Below, piece by piece: positions 19,438 to 29,449 of a stretch of 64,000 bases of DNA. The first letter of the stretch is position 1. Each line of letters opens with the position of its first letter. Made by a program: the position numbers and the translations under genes. The notes under the pieces were generated by a model. It was given only the letters and a program-made list of their open reading frames with translations. It searched no databases and had not been told where the DNA came from. The DNA lies in NCBI GenBank assembly GCA_043814705.1, contig JBDRJR010000122.1:9295-73294 (forward strand). The letters run 5' to 3'. The stretch comes from Verrucomicrobiota bacterium. Its GTDB lineage: Bacteria; Verrucomicrobiota; Kiritimatiellia; JAAZAB01.

Positions 19438-21102
19438 TTAATACATGCCGTCCATACCGCCCATGCCGCCGCCCATGCCACCGCCCATGCCGCCACCACC
19501 GGCCGGCATCGGTTTTTCCTTTTCCGGAATCTCGGTCACCATGCACTCGGTGGTCAGCAGTAACCCGGCGATACTTGCCGCATTCTGGATCGCAAACCGC
19601 GTCACTTTGGTCGGATCAATGACGCCGTCCTTAATCAGGTCGGTGTATTCCGCCGTCGCCACGTTGTAGCCGGCACTGCCCTTGTTTTTCTTGACTTCGG
19701 CCACAACAATCGAGGCATCAATGCCCGCGTTGGCCACAAGCTGACGAATCGGGGCTTCCAGCGCGCGATTGATGATCTGCACGCCAATGGACTCGTCGCC
19801 CTTGGCATCAAACTTGTCGAGCACTGACTGACAACGCAACAGCGCCACGCCGCCGCCCGCCACAACACCTTCTTCCACCGCCGCGCGGGTCGCATGCAGG
19901 GCATCCTCAACGCGCGCTTTCTTTTCCTTCATTTCCGTTTCCGTGGCCGCCCCGACGTTGATCACGGCAACACCGCCGGCCAATTTCGCCAGGCGTTCCT
20001 GCAGTTTTTCGCGGTCATAGTCCGAGGTGGTTTCCTCGATCTCATTGCGAATCTGCGCGACGCGTCCCTGGATGGCCGCGGTCTTGCCGCCGCCTTCGAT
20101 GATCGTGGTATTTTCCTTGTCCACGGTCACGCGTTTCGCGCGGCCCAGATCCTCGATCTTCACGTTTTCGAGCTTGACGCCCAGGTCTTCCGTGATGCAC
20201 TTGCCACCCGTCAGAATGGCAATGTCTTCCAGCATGGCCTTGCGACGGTCACCGAAGCCGGGCGCTTTCACCGCGCAAGCCTGCAAAGTGCCACGCAGGC
20301 GGTTGACCACAAGGGTCGCCAATGCTTCGCCTTCGACTTCTTCCGCGATGATCAGCAGGGGCTTGCTGGCCTTGGCCACGTTCTGCAGTAACGGCAGGAG
20401 GTCCTGTAAACTGGAAATTTTCTTTTCATAAATCAGGATGTAAGCATCCTCCAGCAGGACTTCCATAGTCTCCGCGTTGGTGACGAAGTAAGGCGAGAGA
20501 TAGCCCTTGTCAAACTGCATGCCTTCGACGACGTCAAGCGTCGTTTCGATGGTCTTGGCTTCCTCAACCGTTACCGTGCCGTCCTTGCCGACTTTGTCCA
20601 TGGCGTCGGCAATGATTTCGCCGATCTGCTTGTCGCCGTTAGCCGAAATGGTCGCCACCTGGCAGATTTCGGTGTGCTCTTTGACCTTCTTGCTCTGCTT
20701 GGCCAAGGCATCGGTAACAGCCGCGACAGCCTTGTCAATGCCACGCTTCAAGGCCATGGGATCCGAACCGGCGGTCACGTTTTTCAGACCTTCGCGATAA
20801 ATGGCTTCACTCAAGAGCGTCGCCGTGGTCGTGCCGTCGCCCGCCACGTCGCTGGTCTTGCTGGCCACTTCGCGCACCATCTGGGCGCCCATGTTTTCAA
20901 ACGGATCCGCAAGTTCGATTTCCTTGGCCACCGTGACACCGTCCTTGGTGATCGTGGGAGAGCCGAACTTTTTGTCCAGAATGACGTTGCGACCGCAGGG
21001 TCCCAGCGTGACTTTTACGGCGCGGCTGAGCTTTTCTACGCCTCGTAAAATTGCCTGGCGTGCTTCCGCGTCGTATTTTAATTGCTTGCCTCTATCTGCC
21101 AT
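19438..21102 (-). CDS. groL: Chaperonin GroEL (60 kDa) with a GGM-repeat C-terminus
   Basis: Full-length match to the Cpn60 consensus ([19 protein letters not shown]-terminal [11 protein letters not shown]). Confidence 0.97.
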   Translation of the reverse strand: MADRGKQLKYDAEARQAILRGVEKLSRAVKVTLGPCGRNVILDKKFGSPTITKDGVTVAKEIELADPFENMGAQMVREVASKTSDVAGDGTTTATLLSEAIYREGLKNVTAGSDPMALKRGIDKAVAAVTDALAKQSKKVKEHTEICQVATISANGDKQIGEIIADAMDKVGKDGTVTVEEAKTIETTLDVVEGMQFDKGYLSPYFVTNAETMEVLLEDAYILIYEKKISSLQDLLPLLQNVAKASKPLLIIAEEVEGEALATLVVNRLRGTLQACAVKAPGFGDRRKAMLEDIAILTGGKCITEDLGVKLENVKIEDLGRAKRVTVDKENTTIIEGGGKTAAIQGRVAQIRNEIEETTSDYDREKLQERLAKLAGGVAVINVGAATETEMKEKKARVEDALHATRAAVEEGVVAGGGVALLRCQSVLDKFDAKGDESIGVQIINRALEAPIRQLVANAGIDASIVVAEVKKNKGSAGYNVATAEYTDLIKDGVIDPTKVTRFAIQNAASIAGLLLTTECMVTEIPEKEKPMPAGGGGMGGGMGGGMGGMDGMY

Positions 21103-21158
21103 AACACCTATCTCCTTATATTATTTGGTTTCCCTAAAAAGGGGTATTTATACTTACA

Positions 21159-21449
21159 TTACGATTCGATAATGCCCAGGATATCGTCCTCACGGACAAT
21201 CTGATATTCCTTGTCATTAATCTTGACTTCGGTGCCGCCGTATTTCGGCAACAACACCAAGTCGCCCTTCTTAACGTTCATGGGAATCAACTTCCCATCG
21301 TCATCCCGTTTCCCGGCGCCGACCGCGATGATCTTGCCCTGCATGGGCTTTTCCTTGGCGCTATCGGGAATGATAATTCCACCCTTCTTGACTTCCGAAT
21401 CCTTTTCCGGCTCAATCAGGACCCGATCCCCTAACGGCTGAATTTTCAT
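21159..21449 (-). CDS. groS: Co-chaperonin GroES
   Basis: [15 protein letters not shown]...GGIIIP matches the Cpn10 consensus. A strong RBS (AGGAGGG) precedes it. Confidence 0.95.
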   Translation of the reverse strand: MKIQPLGDRVLIEPEKDSEVKKGGIIIPDSAKEKPMQGKIIAVGAGKRDDDGKLIPMNVKKGDLVLLPKYGGTEVKINDKEYQIVREDDILGIIES

Positions 21450-21616
21450 ATATCCACTACCCTCCTTTATTTGGTTTGTTACCCTGTTCCCCGCAACACA
21501 ACGTGTCCGGGCTTGTTTTAATGCATAGGCATTTCAACCTTGCGGTTCCCCGAACTGCGACTCCACCAGCTTGGTGCAGGTGCCGTTCGTAAGAACGGCA
21601 AAGCCGAAAGCCTAAT

Positions 21617-23566
21617 TTACTTCTTCTTATCCTTGTCATCCACCATCTCAAAATCGGCGTCAATGACGTCATCACCGCCCTTGGCGGGACCCCCGTCTGG
21701 AGCCGCCTGCTGTTGGCCAGGTTCGCCTGCCGCCCCGCCTTCGGGCGGAGTTTGCTGTTTAGCGCCTTTGGCACGCGCATACAGGTCGGCGGATACCGCC
21801 TGCATTTCGGTGTTAAGCGCTTCCATGGCACTGCGCAGGGCATCGCTCGCGCCATCCTTAATGGCCGCCTTGAGTTTTTCGACCGCCGCTTCCACGCCGG
21901 CCTTTTTGGCCGCATCAATCTTATCGCCCTGCTCTTTAAGCAATTTTTCCGTTTCATAAACAGTGGCATCGGCCTTGTTTTTAAGTTCCACGCCTTCGCG
22001 GCGTTGTTGGTCATCGGCGGCATGTTGTTCAGCGTCCTTGACCATTTTTTCGATCTCGCTCTTGTCGAGACCGCTCGTGGCGGTGATCGTGATTTTTTGT
22101 TCCTTGCCCGTGCCCAGGTCCTTGGCGCCCACGTGCAGAATACCGTTGGCATCAATATCGAAAGCAACTTCAATCTGCGGCATGCCCCGGGGCGACGGCG
22201 GAATGCCGTCCAGGTGAAAACGGCCAATGGACTTGTTATCTCCGGCCATTTTACGCTCGCCCTGGAGCACGTGGATTTCCACCGAGGACTGATTGTCCGC
22301 GGCGGTACTGAAGATTTCGCTCTTGCGGGTGGGAATGGTCGTGTTGCGCTCGATCAGCATGGTGAAGACACCGCCCAGCGTTTCGATGCCCAAACTCAAG
22401 GGCGTCACATCCAGCAACAGGACGTCATGCACTTCACCCTTCAAAACACCGGCCTGGATAGCCGCGCCGACCGCAACCACCTCGTCGGGATTGACGCCTT
22501 TATGCGGATCTTTGCCGAAAATTTCCTTGACCTGATCCTGGACCTTGGGCATGCGGGTCATGCCGCCGACAAGCACAACCTCGTCAATTTTCGAAAATTC
22601 AATGCCGGAATCCTTCATGCAGGCGCGCACCGGACCGACCGAACGCTCAATGAACGCATCCACGAGTTGTTCCAGCTTGGCGCGTGTCAGGGTGACGTTA
22701 AGATGCTTGGGCCCCGTGGCGTCGGCCGTTATGAAAGGCAAATTAATATCCGTCTGTTGGGCCGTGGAGAGTTCGCACTTGGCTTTCTCGGCGGCTTCCT
22801 TGAGGCGCTGGATGGCCATGGCATCTTTCGAGAGGTCAATGCCATTGTCCTTTTTGAATTCGGTAACCAGCCAGGTAATGATGGCCTGGTCAAAATCGTC
22901 GCCACCCAAGTGGGTATCACCGTTGGTGGCTTTGACCTCGAATACGCCGTCGCCGATCTCGAGGACGGAGATATCGAAAGTTCCGCCGCCCAGGTCATAA
23001 ACCGCAATTTTTTCGTCCTTTTTTTTATCCAGCCCGTAGGCCAGCGAAGCCGCCGTCGGCTCGTTGATAATGCGCAGAACCTCGAGCCCGGCGATCTTGC
23101 CGGCATCCTTGGTGGCCTGACGCTGGCTGTCATTGAAATAAGCCGGCGTGGTAATGACCGCCTGGGTAATCTTCTCGCCCACATAGGCTTCGGCATCGGC
23201 TTTCATCTTCTGCAGGATCATGGACGAAATTTCGGGCGGCGAATAGATTTTATCGCCGATCTTGACATTGGCATCACCGTTCTTGGCCCGGACCACCTCG
23301 TAGGGTACCAGCGTAATCTCGCGCGCCACTTCCTCGAATTTGCGTCCCATAAAGCGCTTAATGGAATAGACCGTGTTTTTTGGATTCGTCACCGACTGGC
23401 GCTTGGCCGCCTGACCAACCAGCCGCTCGCCGCTCTTGGTGAAAGCCACAACGGAAGGAGTGGTGCGCATCCCATCCGCATTGGGAATAACCACCGGCTG
23501 GCCACCTTCCATGATGGCCATGCATGAGTTAGTCGTGCCTAAATCAATGCCTAATACTTTTGACAT
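21617..23566 (-). CDS. dnaK: Chaperone DnaK (Hsp70)
   Basis: [16 protein letters not shown] and the rest of the ATPase and substrate-binding domains. It lies directly upstream of groES-groEL on the same strand. Confidence 0.97.
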   Translation of the reverse strand: MSKVLGIDLGTTNSCMAIMEGGQPVVIPNADGMRTTPSVVAFTKSGERLVGQAAKRQSVTNPKNTVYSIKRFMGRKFEEVAREITLVPYEVVRAKNGDANVKIGDKIYSPPEISSMILQKMKADAEAYVGEKITQAVITTPAYFNDSQRQATKDAGKIAGLEVLRIINEPTAASLAYGLDKKKDEKIAVYDLGGGTFDISVLEIGDGVFEVKATNGDTHLGGDDFDQAIITWLVTEFKKDNGIDLSKDAMAIQRLKEAAEKAKCELSTAQQTDINLPFITADATGPKHLNVTLTRAKLEQLVDAFIERSVGPVRACMKDSGIEFSKIDEVVLVGGMTRMPKVQDQVKEIFGKDPHKGVNPDEVVAVGAAIQAGVLKGEVHDVLLLDVTPLSLGIETLGGVFTMLIERNTTIPTRKSEIFSTAADNQSSVEIHVLQGERKMAGDNKSIGRFHLDGIPPSPRGMPQIEVAFDIDANGILHVGAKDLGTGKEQKITITATSGLDKSEIEKMVKDAEQHAADDQQRREGVELKNKADATVYETEKLLKEQGDKIDAAKKAGVEAAVEKLKAAIKDGASDALRSAMEALNTEMQAVSADLYARAKGAKQQTPPEGGAAGEPGQQQAAPDGGPAKGGDDVIDADFEMVDDKDKKK

Positions 23567-24013
23567 TGGCTTGTTCTCCTAAAAGCAATCAATTTTTATC
23601 ATCAAAATATAAATTTACAATGATATAGTTAGCAAGGAATATGCCAAGATACTGTTTATTGCCAGCATCATAATAATATCATGTTGAATATAAGCTAAAT
23701 ACAACTAATTTATTTTTTTATCATTTTATGACTTCTCGCCGTATTGCGCCGTTTTGTCTCTTTTAATTAGAAAAGTGAGACATTTTTGTGTTGTATTATG
23801 GCGCATATATTGACTGCACACAAAACCGGACTGGAAATCATTGATGTCGAAATCGTGCTTGCATTATCATCATTAATTTCATTAAGTCCTCCGCTTACAG
23901 ACCAAACGACAGAGTGGATATCACCAGCATGGCCGTTGTCTAACATCCCGCCTTCGTCCCGACTCTCCAAGAGGTCGAAACTACGGCGGGCAAACCAGCG
24001 TCAGGGACCGGAT

Positions 24014-24772
24014 ATGGATGCCGCGCTATTTAATCTTTCACTCAGTCACTGGTGTCTGGCAATATTATGCGGCCTATTGGTGGGGTTCAATAAGACCGGC
24101 ATGCCCGGGGCAGGAATTTTTGCCGTGCCCCTGATGGCCATGATTTTCCCAGCGGGCAAATCCACCGGCATTTACTTGCCCATGCTGATCATGGGTGACG
24201 TGTTCACTCTGCTCTATTATCGGCGCCATGCCCAGTGGCGCTATGTTCTGCGGCTGTTGTCCTGGGGTGCGGCCGGCATCCTCATGGGCTTCTGGGTAAT
24301 CCGGCATTATCAGATGACCGACCTGCACCTCCAACGGCTGATTGGCGTCATTGTCCTCGTAATTCTCGGGATGGGACTCTGGATGAGCCGGCGCCCGAAT
24401 GCGCTGGCCGTGCCGCACGCCTGGTGGTTTGCCGCCTGCATGGGCCTGATCGGCGGATTCACCACCATGACCGCCAACGCCGCCGGTCCAATCTGGATCG
24501 TTTACCTCCTGGCCATGAACTTGAATAAGCGCGAATTCCTCGGTACCAGCGGCTGGATCTATCTCATCTTGAACCTGTTCAAGGTGCCTTTTAGCTGTGC
24601 CCTCGGCTTTATCAGCGCCGACAGTCTGATCTTCGATTTAAAACTGGCGCCGGCCGTGGCATTGGGCGCCGTAATCGGCATCCTTACCCTTAACCGCATT
24701 CCCCAGAAAGTCTTCGATATCATCATCCGCATCCTAACCGCCCTGGCCGCGCTGAAATTGTTGCTTGGGTAG
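24014..24772 (+). CDS. TauE/SafE (DUF81) family sulfite/anion exporter-like membrane protein
   Basis: Two repeated 4-TM halves with an internal GxxxG-rich pattern. The start is taken at MDAALFNL, because the longer ORF begins inside the AT-rich island. Confidence 0.65.
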   Translation: MDAALFNLSLSHWCLAILCGLLVGFNKTGMPGAGIFAVPLMAMIFPAGKSTGIYLPMLIMGDVFTLLYYRRHAQWRYVLRLLSWGAAGILMGFWVIRHYQMTDLHLQRLIGVIVLVILGMGLWMSRRPNALAVPHAWWFAACMGLIGGFTTMTANAAGPIWIVYLLAMNLNKREFLGTSGWIYLILNLFKVPFSCALGFISADSLIFDLKLAPAVALGAVIGILTLNRIPQKVFDIIIRILTALAALKLLLG

Positions 24773-24974
24773 AACCGCGCTGAACAATGGCCCCGCCAAA
24801 ACACCCCGCCAAAACAACCTTGACACCGGGAAAACAGCATTGACAATACCGTCAATAAACGAACATTTTTTCTTTAAAAATTTTTCGCAAGGAAAGTTCG
24901 AATGTACAGGCAACCGGGTTTTACACGCGGAGCGCAATGGCATGTTGGGCAAGCGTAACGGAAAGGAAAGCTTT

Positions 24975-25778
24975 ATGGTAAATAGCGAAGCAACTATGTT
25001 GCCGTGTGTTGATTTTTGCGGACTCAAGATAACACGGCTCGTTCTGGGCGCCAATCCGTTTGGCGGCTACAGTCATCAAAATGAACGGCGTGACAACGAG
25101 ATGCGGGCGTACTACACGATCGAACGCATCAAGGAAACTTGGGCGCGCGCGGAAGCCGCCGGCATTAACACGATGATTACAAACAACGAGACCAGCCATG
25201 TCATTCAAGCGGTGCGCGAGTACATCGGTAACGGCGGGAAACTCCAGTGGATTGCGCAGATCAATGGACGAAGCAAGCCCGAGATGATCAAAGCCATTGA
25301 CGAAGCAGTGGACATCGGATGCAAAGCGCTTTATTTCCATGGCGCCCAAACAGATGATGTTTACAGCAGGAAAGACGATGAAACATTGCGGATCTGGTGC
25401 GATCATGCCCGATCACGTGGTGTACCCGTGGGGGTAGCCGGCCACGCTCCGGAAGCGCATTTATGGATAAACGGCTTGGATATTGTCGATTTCCACGTCG
25501 TGTGCTTTTTTAACTGCGGCAGTCTGCACGATGGAAAGGGAAATAAATTCAAACTGAAAGACATAGGTCCTGCGGTCGAATGCGTGCGTCGGATCAAGAA
25601 ACCGTGTATTGGCTACAAGATCATGGGTGCCGGCCGGATCGACCCGCGCATGGCGTTCGAATATGCTTTTGATCAAATCAAGGCCACGGACGTGGTAAAT
25701 GTCGGTATGTACCGCGGCGACAAAGACGACATGCTTGAAGAAAATGCGGCCATGGTGCGTGAAATTCTTGGCGGCTAA
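24975..25778 (+). CDS. Hypothetical protein (possible TIM-barrel enzyme)
   Basis: 268-aa ORF with an RBS-like aggaaag upstream of ATG 24975. It shows alternating beta/alpha periodicity and has no recognisable family signature. Confidence 0.4.
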   Translation: MVNSEATMLPCVDFCGLKITRLVLGANPFGGYSHQNERRDNEMRAYYTIERIKETWARAEAAGINTMITNNETSHVIQAVREYIGNGGKLQWIAQINGRSKPEMIKAIDEAVDIGCKALYFHGAQTDDVYSRKDDETLRIWCDHARSRGVPVGVAGHAPEAHLWINGLDIVDFHVVCFFNCGSLHDGKGNKFKLKDIGPAVECVRRIKKPCIGYKIMGAGRIDPRMAFEYAFDQIKATDVVNVGMYRGDKDDMLEENAAMVREILGG

Positions 25779-26040
25779 GGCGCTACGGTAAAAGCAACCT
25801 GATTGATGGGGTTGTCATTAGCAACACTGGCCCACGGATGCGATAGGCGCGCGCCGGTGATGCGTGACGTTCTAACTCGCGGCAGGGTGGCACACCTTCT
25901 GTTTGCCGCCGACATATTGGATTTATTGATAGCAAAGCGACCGGCACTTGTTTTCGCTCCCATCCACCGACACTCGCCCGTTGCACCATAATAAAATGTT
26001 GCCGATGCAACATGGACGAGATGCAGGCCGTTGCCGGCAT

Positions 26041-26078
26041 GTAACAGTTAGCTTCACGATCGTGAAGCTAACTGTTAC
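26041..26078. promoter_or_regulatory. 38-nt perfect palindrome (17-bp arms, 4-nt centre atcg) between the upstream gene and trpS
   Basis: gtaacagttagcttcacg atcg cgtgaagctaactgttac is an exact inverted repeat. It is followed at 26088-26112 by a short GC hairpin plus a T7 run, which looks like an intrinsic terminator. Confidence 0.6.
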
Positions 26079-26208
26079 ATAACCACCGCCCGTTGAGCGG
26101 CTGTTTTTTTCTTTGAATCCAGCCTCAGATTTCACTATGCTTCCCTTTTGTGCAAGCGATCAAGGAAGCGGCCACGCGGAGCGCTCAGGCGCAGAGGACA
26201 AAAACACA

Positions 26209-27171
26209 ATGAGAGCATTATCCGGCATTCAACCTTCCGGGAAACTGCATATCGGCAATTATTTCGGCATGATGAAGCCCGCTTTGGAACTTCAGGAAAA
26301 AGGCGAGGCCTTTTTGTTCATCGCCAATTATCACGCCCTGACTTCAATCGCCGAAGCCGAAGCCCTGCGCACGCTCACGCGGGACGTAGCCCTCGACTTC
26401 CTGGCCTGCGGCCTCGATCCCGAGCGCACGGTGTTTTACCGTCAGAGCGATGTCCCCGAAGTCCATGAGCTTGCCTGGCTGTTGTCCATTGTCACACCCC
26501 TGGGACTTCTGGAACGCTGTCATTCCTACAAGGACAAGGTGGCCAAGGGCGTCCCGGCCAACCACGGGCTTTTTGCTTACCCGGTCCTGATGGCCGCGGA
26601 CATCCTGGCCGTCCAGGCTGACGTCGTCCCCGTCGGCCAGGATCAGAAACAGCACGTCGAGGTCACGCGCGACATTGCCATCAAGTTCAACCAGAAATTC
26701 GGCGAAACATTCAAGATCCCATCCCCGATGATTCGCGCAGGCGTGGCCGTGGTCCCCGGCCTGGACGGCCAGAAAATGTCGAAATCCTACAACAACACGA
26801 TTGAACTGTTCGCGTCCCAGGCGGAGACGCGCAAGGCCATTATGCGCATCGTGACCGACAGCAAAACCGTCACAGACCCGAAGGACCCCGCGACCTGCAA
26901 CGTATTTGCGCTCTACAAGCTGTTTGCGACCGAGCCAGAGCGCGCGGCCATGGCAACGCGCTACCGCGCCGGCGGCCTGGGTTACGGGGAAGTCAAAAAA
27001 GCGCTGTTTGAAAAATTCTGGGCCGTGTTCGAGCCATTCCGGCGCCGGCGAGAAGAACTGCAGAAGGACCCGGATCAGGTCGAGCGGATTCTCCAGCACG
27101 GTGCGGCGCGGGCCCGGGAAGAACTTAGCAAGACCTTAAAGGCCGCCCGCCGGGCCGCGGGGCTGGAGTAA
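26209..27171 (+). CDS. trpS: Tryptophan--tRNA ligase
   Basis: Class I HIGN and KMSKS motifs. The protein is TrpRS-sized (~320 aa) and has the GIQPSGKLHIGNY N-terminus. Confidence 0.9.
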   Translation: MRALSGIQPSGKLHIGNYFGMMKPALELQEKGEAFLFIANYHALTSIAEAEALRTLTRDVALDFLACGLDPERTVFYRQSDVPEVHELAWLLSIVTPLGLLERCHSYKDKVAKGVPANHGLFAYPVLMAADILAVQADVVPVGQDQKQHVEVTRDIAIKFNQKFGETFKIPSPMIRAGVAVVPGLDGQKMSKSYNNTIELFASQAETRKAIMRIVTDSKTVTDPKDPATCNVFALYKLFATEPERAAMATRYRAGGLGYGEVKKALFEKFWAVFEPFRRRREELQKDPDQVERILQHGAARAREELSKTLKAARRAAGLE

Positions 27172-27600
27172 ATGAAGAATGCAGAATGAAGAATGTAGAA
27201 TTAAGAATCCTGTGCCTTATCCACCAAAACCCGCTATAAAAAAATAAGAAAAGAAACCGGAACATTGCCCGCTAAACACTAGCCAAACGTATTTGAAATT
27301 TTCAGACCAAGGGAGGGCGGGCATGTTGCCCGCCGAGCCGGACGGCGACACGCCATCCCTCCTTTTATATTTAGCGTTAGAGTTCTGCAAAATAGCAAGA
27401 AAGCCGGTCATAGACCGGTGCTACACATTCGAATGTTATGCGCAAGTGCAATGTATTGAAATGCTTACGGTGTAGCAACGCTCTGCGAGCGGTGTCTTCA
27501 ATGCCTGTTTTGCATAACTCTAATTTAGCGTAATTTCGCGTGTTTAGCGGGTAAATTCTTTGGGTCGCGCGGGCTCGGCCCGCATTGGGATAAACGCAAC

Positions 27601-28341
27601 ATGCCGATTCAGGAAGAATACAAGGTCAAGCTGGAAGTGTTCGAGGGTCCGCTGGACCTCCTGCTCTACCTCATCAAAAAGGACGAGGTGGACATCTATG
27701 ACATTCCCATCGAGCTGATCGCGCGCCAGTACATGGAATACCTTGGCCTGATGCGGATGCTGGATCTCGACATTGCCGGCGAGTTCCTCGTGATGGCCGC
27801 CACGCTCATGATGATCAAGAGCCGCATGCTCCTGCCGCCGGAAGAGCGGCCCGCGCTGGAGGCCGAGGAGGAAGACCCGCGCTGGGAACTCATCCGCCAG
27901 TTGATCGAGTATAAGAAATTCAAAGATGCCGCGGCCAACCTGCAGGAAATGGAATCTTTGGCGGGCAACATGTTCCTGCGCAGTGCGGAGGATCCGGTGG
28001 TTGTGGTGGAACAGCCGGGCGTCGGGCTGGAGGACGTCACCATTTTCGACCTGATTGCGTCCTTTAACGAGGCGCTCAAGCGGATCCAGGTGAATGAAAT
28101 CGGCGAAATCATGGCCGAGCGCTTCACGGTGGCCGACGGCATCGAGTCCATCTTGGGGCGCATTAAGCGCGAAACACAAGTAATTTTTGCCACCCTGTTC
28201 CAGCCGCTCAGCACGCGCCATGAAATTATCATAACCTTCCTGGCACTGCTGGAGTTAATTCGCCTGCGCCAGGTGGTGGCCCGGCAAGAGGCGGTGTTCG
28301 GCGATATTGTAATCATGCGGCCGGAGGTTGAGGGAGGATAA
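27601..28341 (+). CDS. scpA: Segregation and condensation protein A (kleisin)
   Basis: N-terminal FEGPLDLLLYLIKKDEVDIYDIPI signature. Confidence 0.85.
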   Translation: MPIQEEYKVKLEVFEGPLDLLLYLIKKDEVDIYDIPIELIARQYMEYLGLMRMLDLDIAGEFLVMAATLMMIKSRMLLPPEERPALEAEEEDPRWELIRQLIEYKKFKDAAANLQEMESLAGNMFLRSAEDPVVVVEQPGVGLEDVTIFDLIASFNEALKRIQVNEIGEIMAERFTVADGIESILGRIKRETQVIFATLFQPLSTRHEIIITFLALLELIRLRQVVARQEAVFGDIVIMRPEVEGG

Positions 28342-28487
28342 GGGGCAAAGGCACAAAGGAGCAGAGGGACAAAGGGGCAGAGAAATCGAGCGAATGCTCA
28401 GCAGTTTGATACGCAAATTAAACAGCAAGAGGCCGGACTGAGCTTTGTGCCTCTCGATCGCTCTGTGCCTTTGCCCCTTTGTGCCTG
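28340..28487. repeat. Imperfect inverted repeat (~19-bp arms, about 100 bp apart) made of RRCAAAGG octamer tandem units, in the scpA-scpB spacer
   Basis: aggggcaaaggcacaaagg ... ctctgtgcctttgcccctt. The arms are reverse complements. Confidence 0.6.
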
Positions 28488-28504
28488 ATTTAAAAAGGAT
28501 TTTT

Positions 28505-29446
28505 ATGACATCAGAAACCAATCAACCGACCAAAGCGAATGCTCTTCCGGAACTCAAACAGGTCCTGGGCGCCCTGTTGTTTGCCGCCCGGAAACCGATT
28601 GCGGCGAGTGAGTTGTGCGGGATATTGGCACAAGTGGCCCAAAACGGCGAAGACACCACCCGTGCATTCGGCAAAATCAAGGAGAGCGATATTCGGGCGG
28701 CCCTCGAACAATTGAAGACCGCGCTGGCCGAACGCAAGCTGGGCCTTATCCTCGTAGAAGTGGCGGGCGGGTTCCGGTTCCAGACGGATCCCTCCGGCGG
28801 TCACTGGGTGCGGCATTTGTTGAATCTGGACAAGCCGTCGCGCCTTTCCAAGCCGGCCCTGGAAACGCTGGCCATTATCGCGTATCGTCAGCCGACGACC
28901 CGCGCCGAAATTGAGGCTTTACGCGGCGTCAACGTGGACGCCATGATGCGCCACTTGCTGGAACTGCAGTTGATCCGCATCGTTGGCCGCAGTGACCTGC
29001 CGGGTAGACCGCTGATGTACGGAACGACCCAATTGTTCCTGGAACATTTCGGCCTGAGCAGTGTCAAGAACCTGCCGGGCGTCGAACAGTTGTCGCGGCG
29101 GGATGCGGAACGCGTCAAGAAGGAAACCGACGCCGGAGCGGCGAAGACGGACGACGGACCTGAAAATACAGACGCCGGACGCCAGGCGCCGGACGCCAGC
29201 TTGGAGAAGACGGACCCTCCTTCGCCAGAGCGCTTGCCCCTACGCGAAGCCGCTTCGGCAGGACAAGTCGGAGGACAAGCGACGGACGACGGACCAGAGA
29301 CGACAGACGACCAACAGCAAACAGCGGAGGAAGAGAAGGAAGAAACCGAAAAAGATGAGGATGAAGACAAAGAGTACGACGAAGACGAGGAAGATGAAGA
29401 AGACGAAGATGATGATAAAGACGAGGACGCTGAAGGAAGGGAATGA
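28505..29446 (+). CDS. scpB: Segregation and condensation protein B with a ~110-aa acidic low-complexity C-terminal extension
   Basis: ScpB winged-helix core (LETLAIIAYRQPTTRAEIEALRGV). The tail TDDGPENTD...TDDGPETTDD...EEDEEDEDDDKDED is encoded by GNCGGAC/GACGAC heptamer repeats. Confidence 0.8.
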   Translation: MTSETNQPTKANALPELKQVLGALLFAARKPIAASELCGILAQVAQNGEDTTRAFGKIKESDIRAALEQLKTALAERKLGLILVEVAGGFRFQTDPSGGHWVRHLLNLDKPSRLSKPALETLAIIAYRQPTTRAEIEALRGVNVDAMMRHLLELQLIRIVGRSDLPGRPLMYGTTQLFLEHFGLSSVKNLPGVEQLSRRDAERVKKETDAGAAKTDDGPENTDAGRQAPDASLEKTDPPSPERLPLREAASAGQVGGQATDDGPETTDDQQQTAEEEKEETEKDEDEDKEYDEDEEDEEDEDDDKDEDAEGRE

Positions 29447-29449
29447 ACC

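Noticed and set aside
19271-19546. ORF 19271-19546 and many 60-170-aa ORFs antisense to groEL, dnaK, E1, lpd and the hydrogenase genes
   Set aside because: They lie entirely within and opposite strongly supported conserved genes. They are Arg/Gly/Pro-rich, as expected for antisense high-GC frames. The GroEL C-terminal GGM repeat explains the RHGRRHGR ORF.
21450-21616. CIRCE/HrcA operator upstream of groES or dnaK
   Set aside because: No TTAGCACTC-N9-GAGTGCTAA-like inverted repeat could be found in either upstream region on either strand.
26085-26112. T-box riboswitch upstream of trpS
   Set aside because: The leader is only ~130 nt, lacks the T-box consensus (AATTAGGGTGGNACCGCG) and specifier-loop architecture, and is instead dominated by a perfect palindrome and a terminator for the upstream gene.
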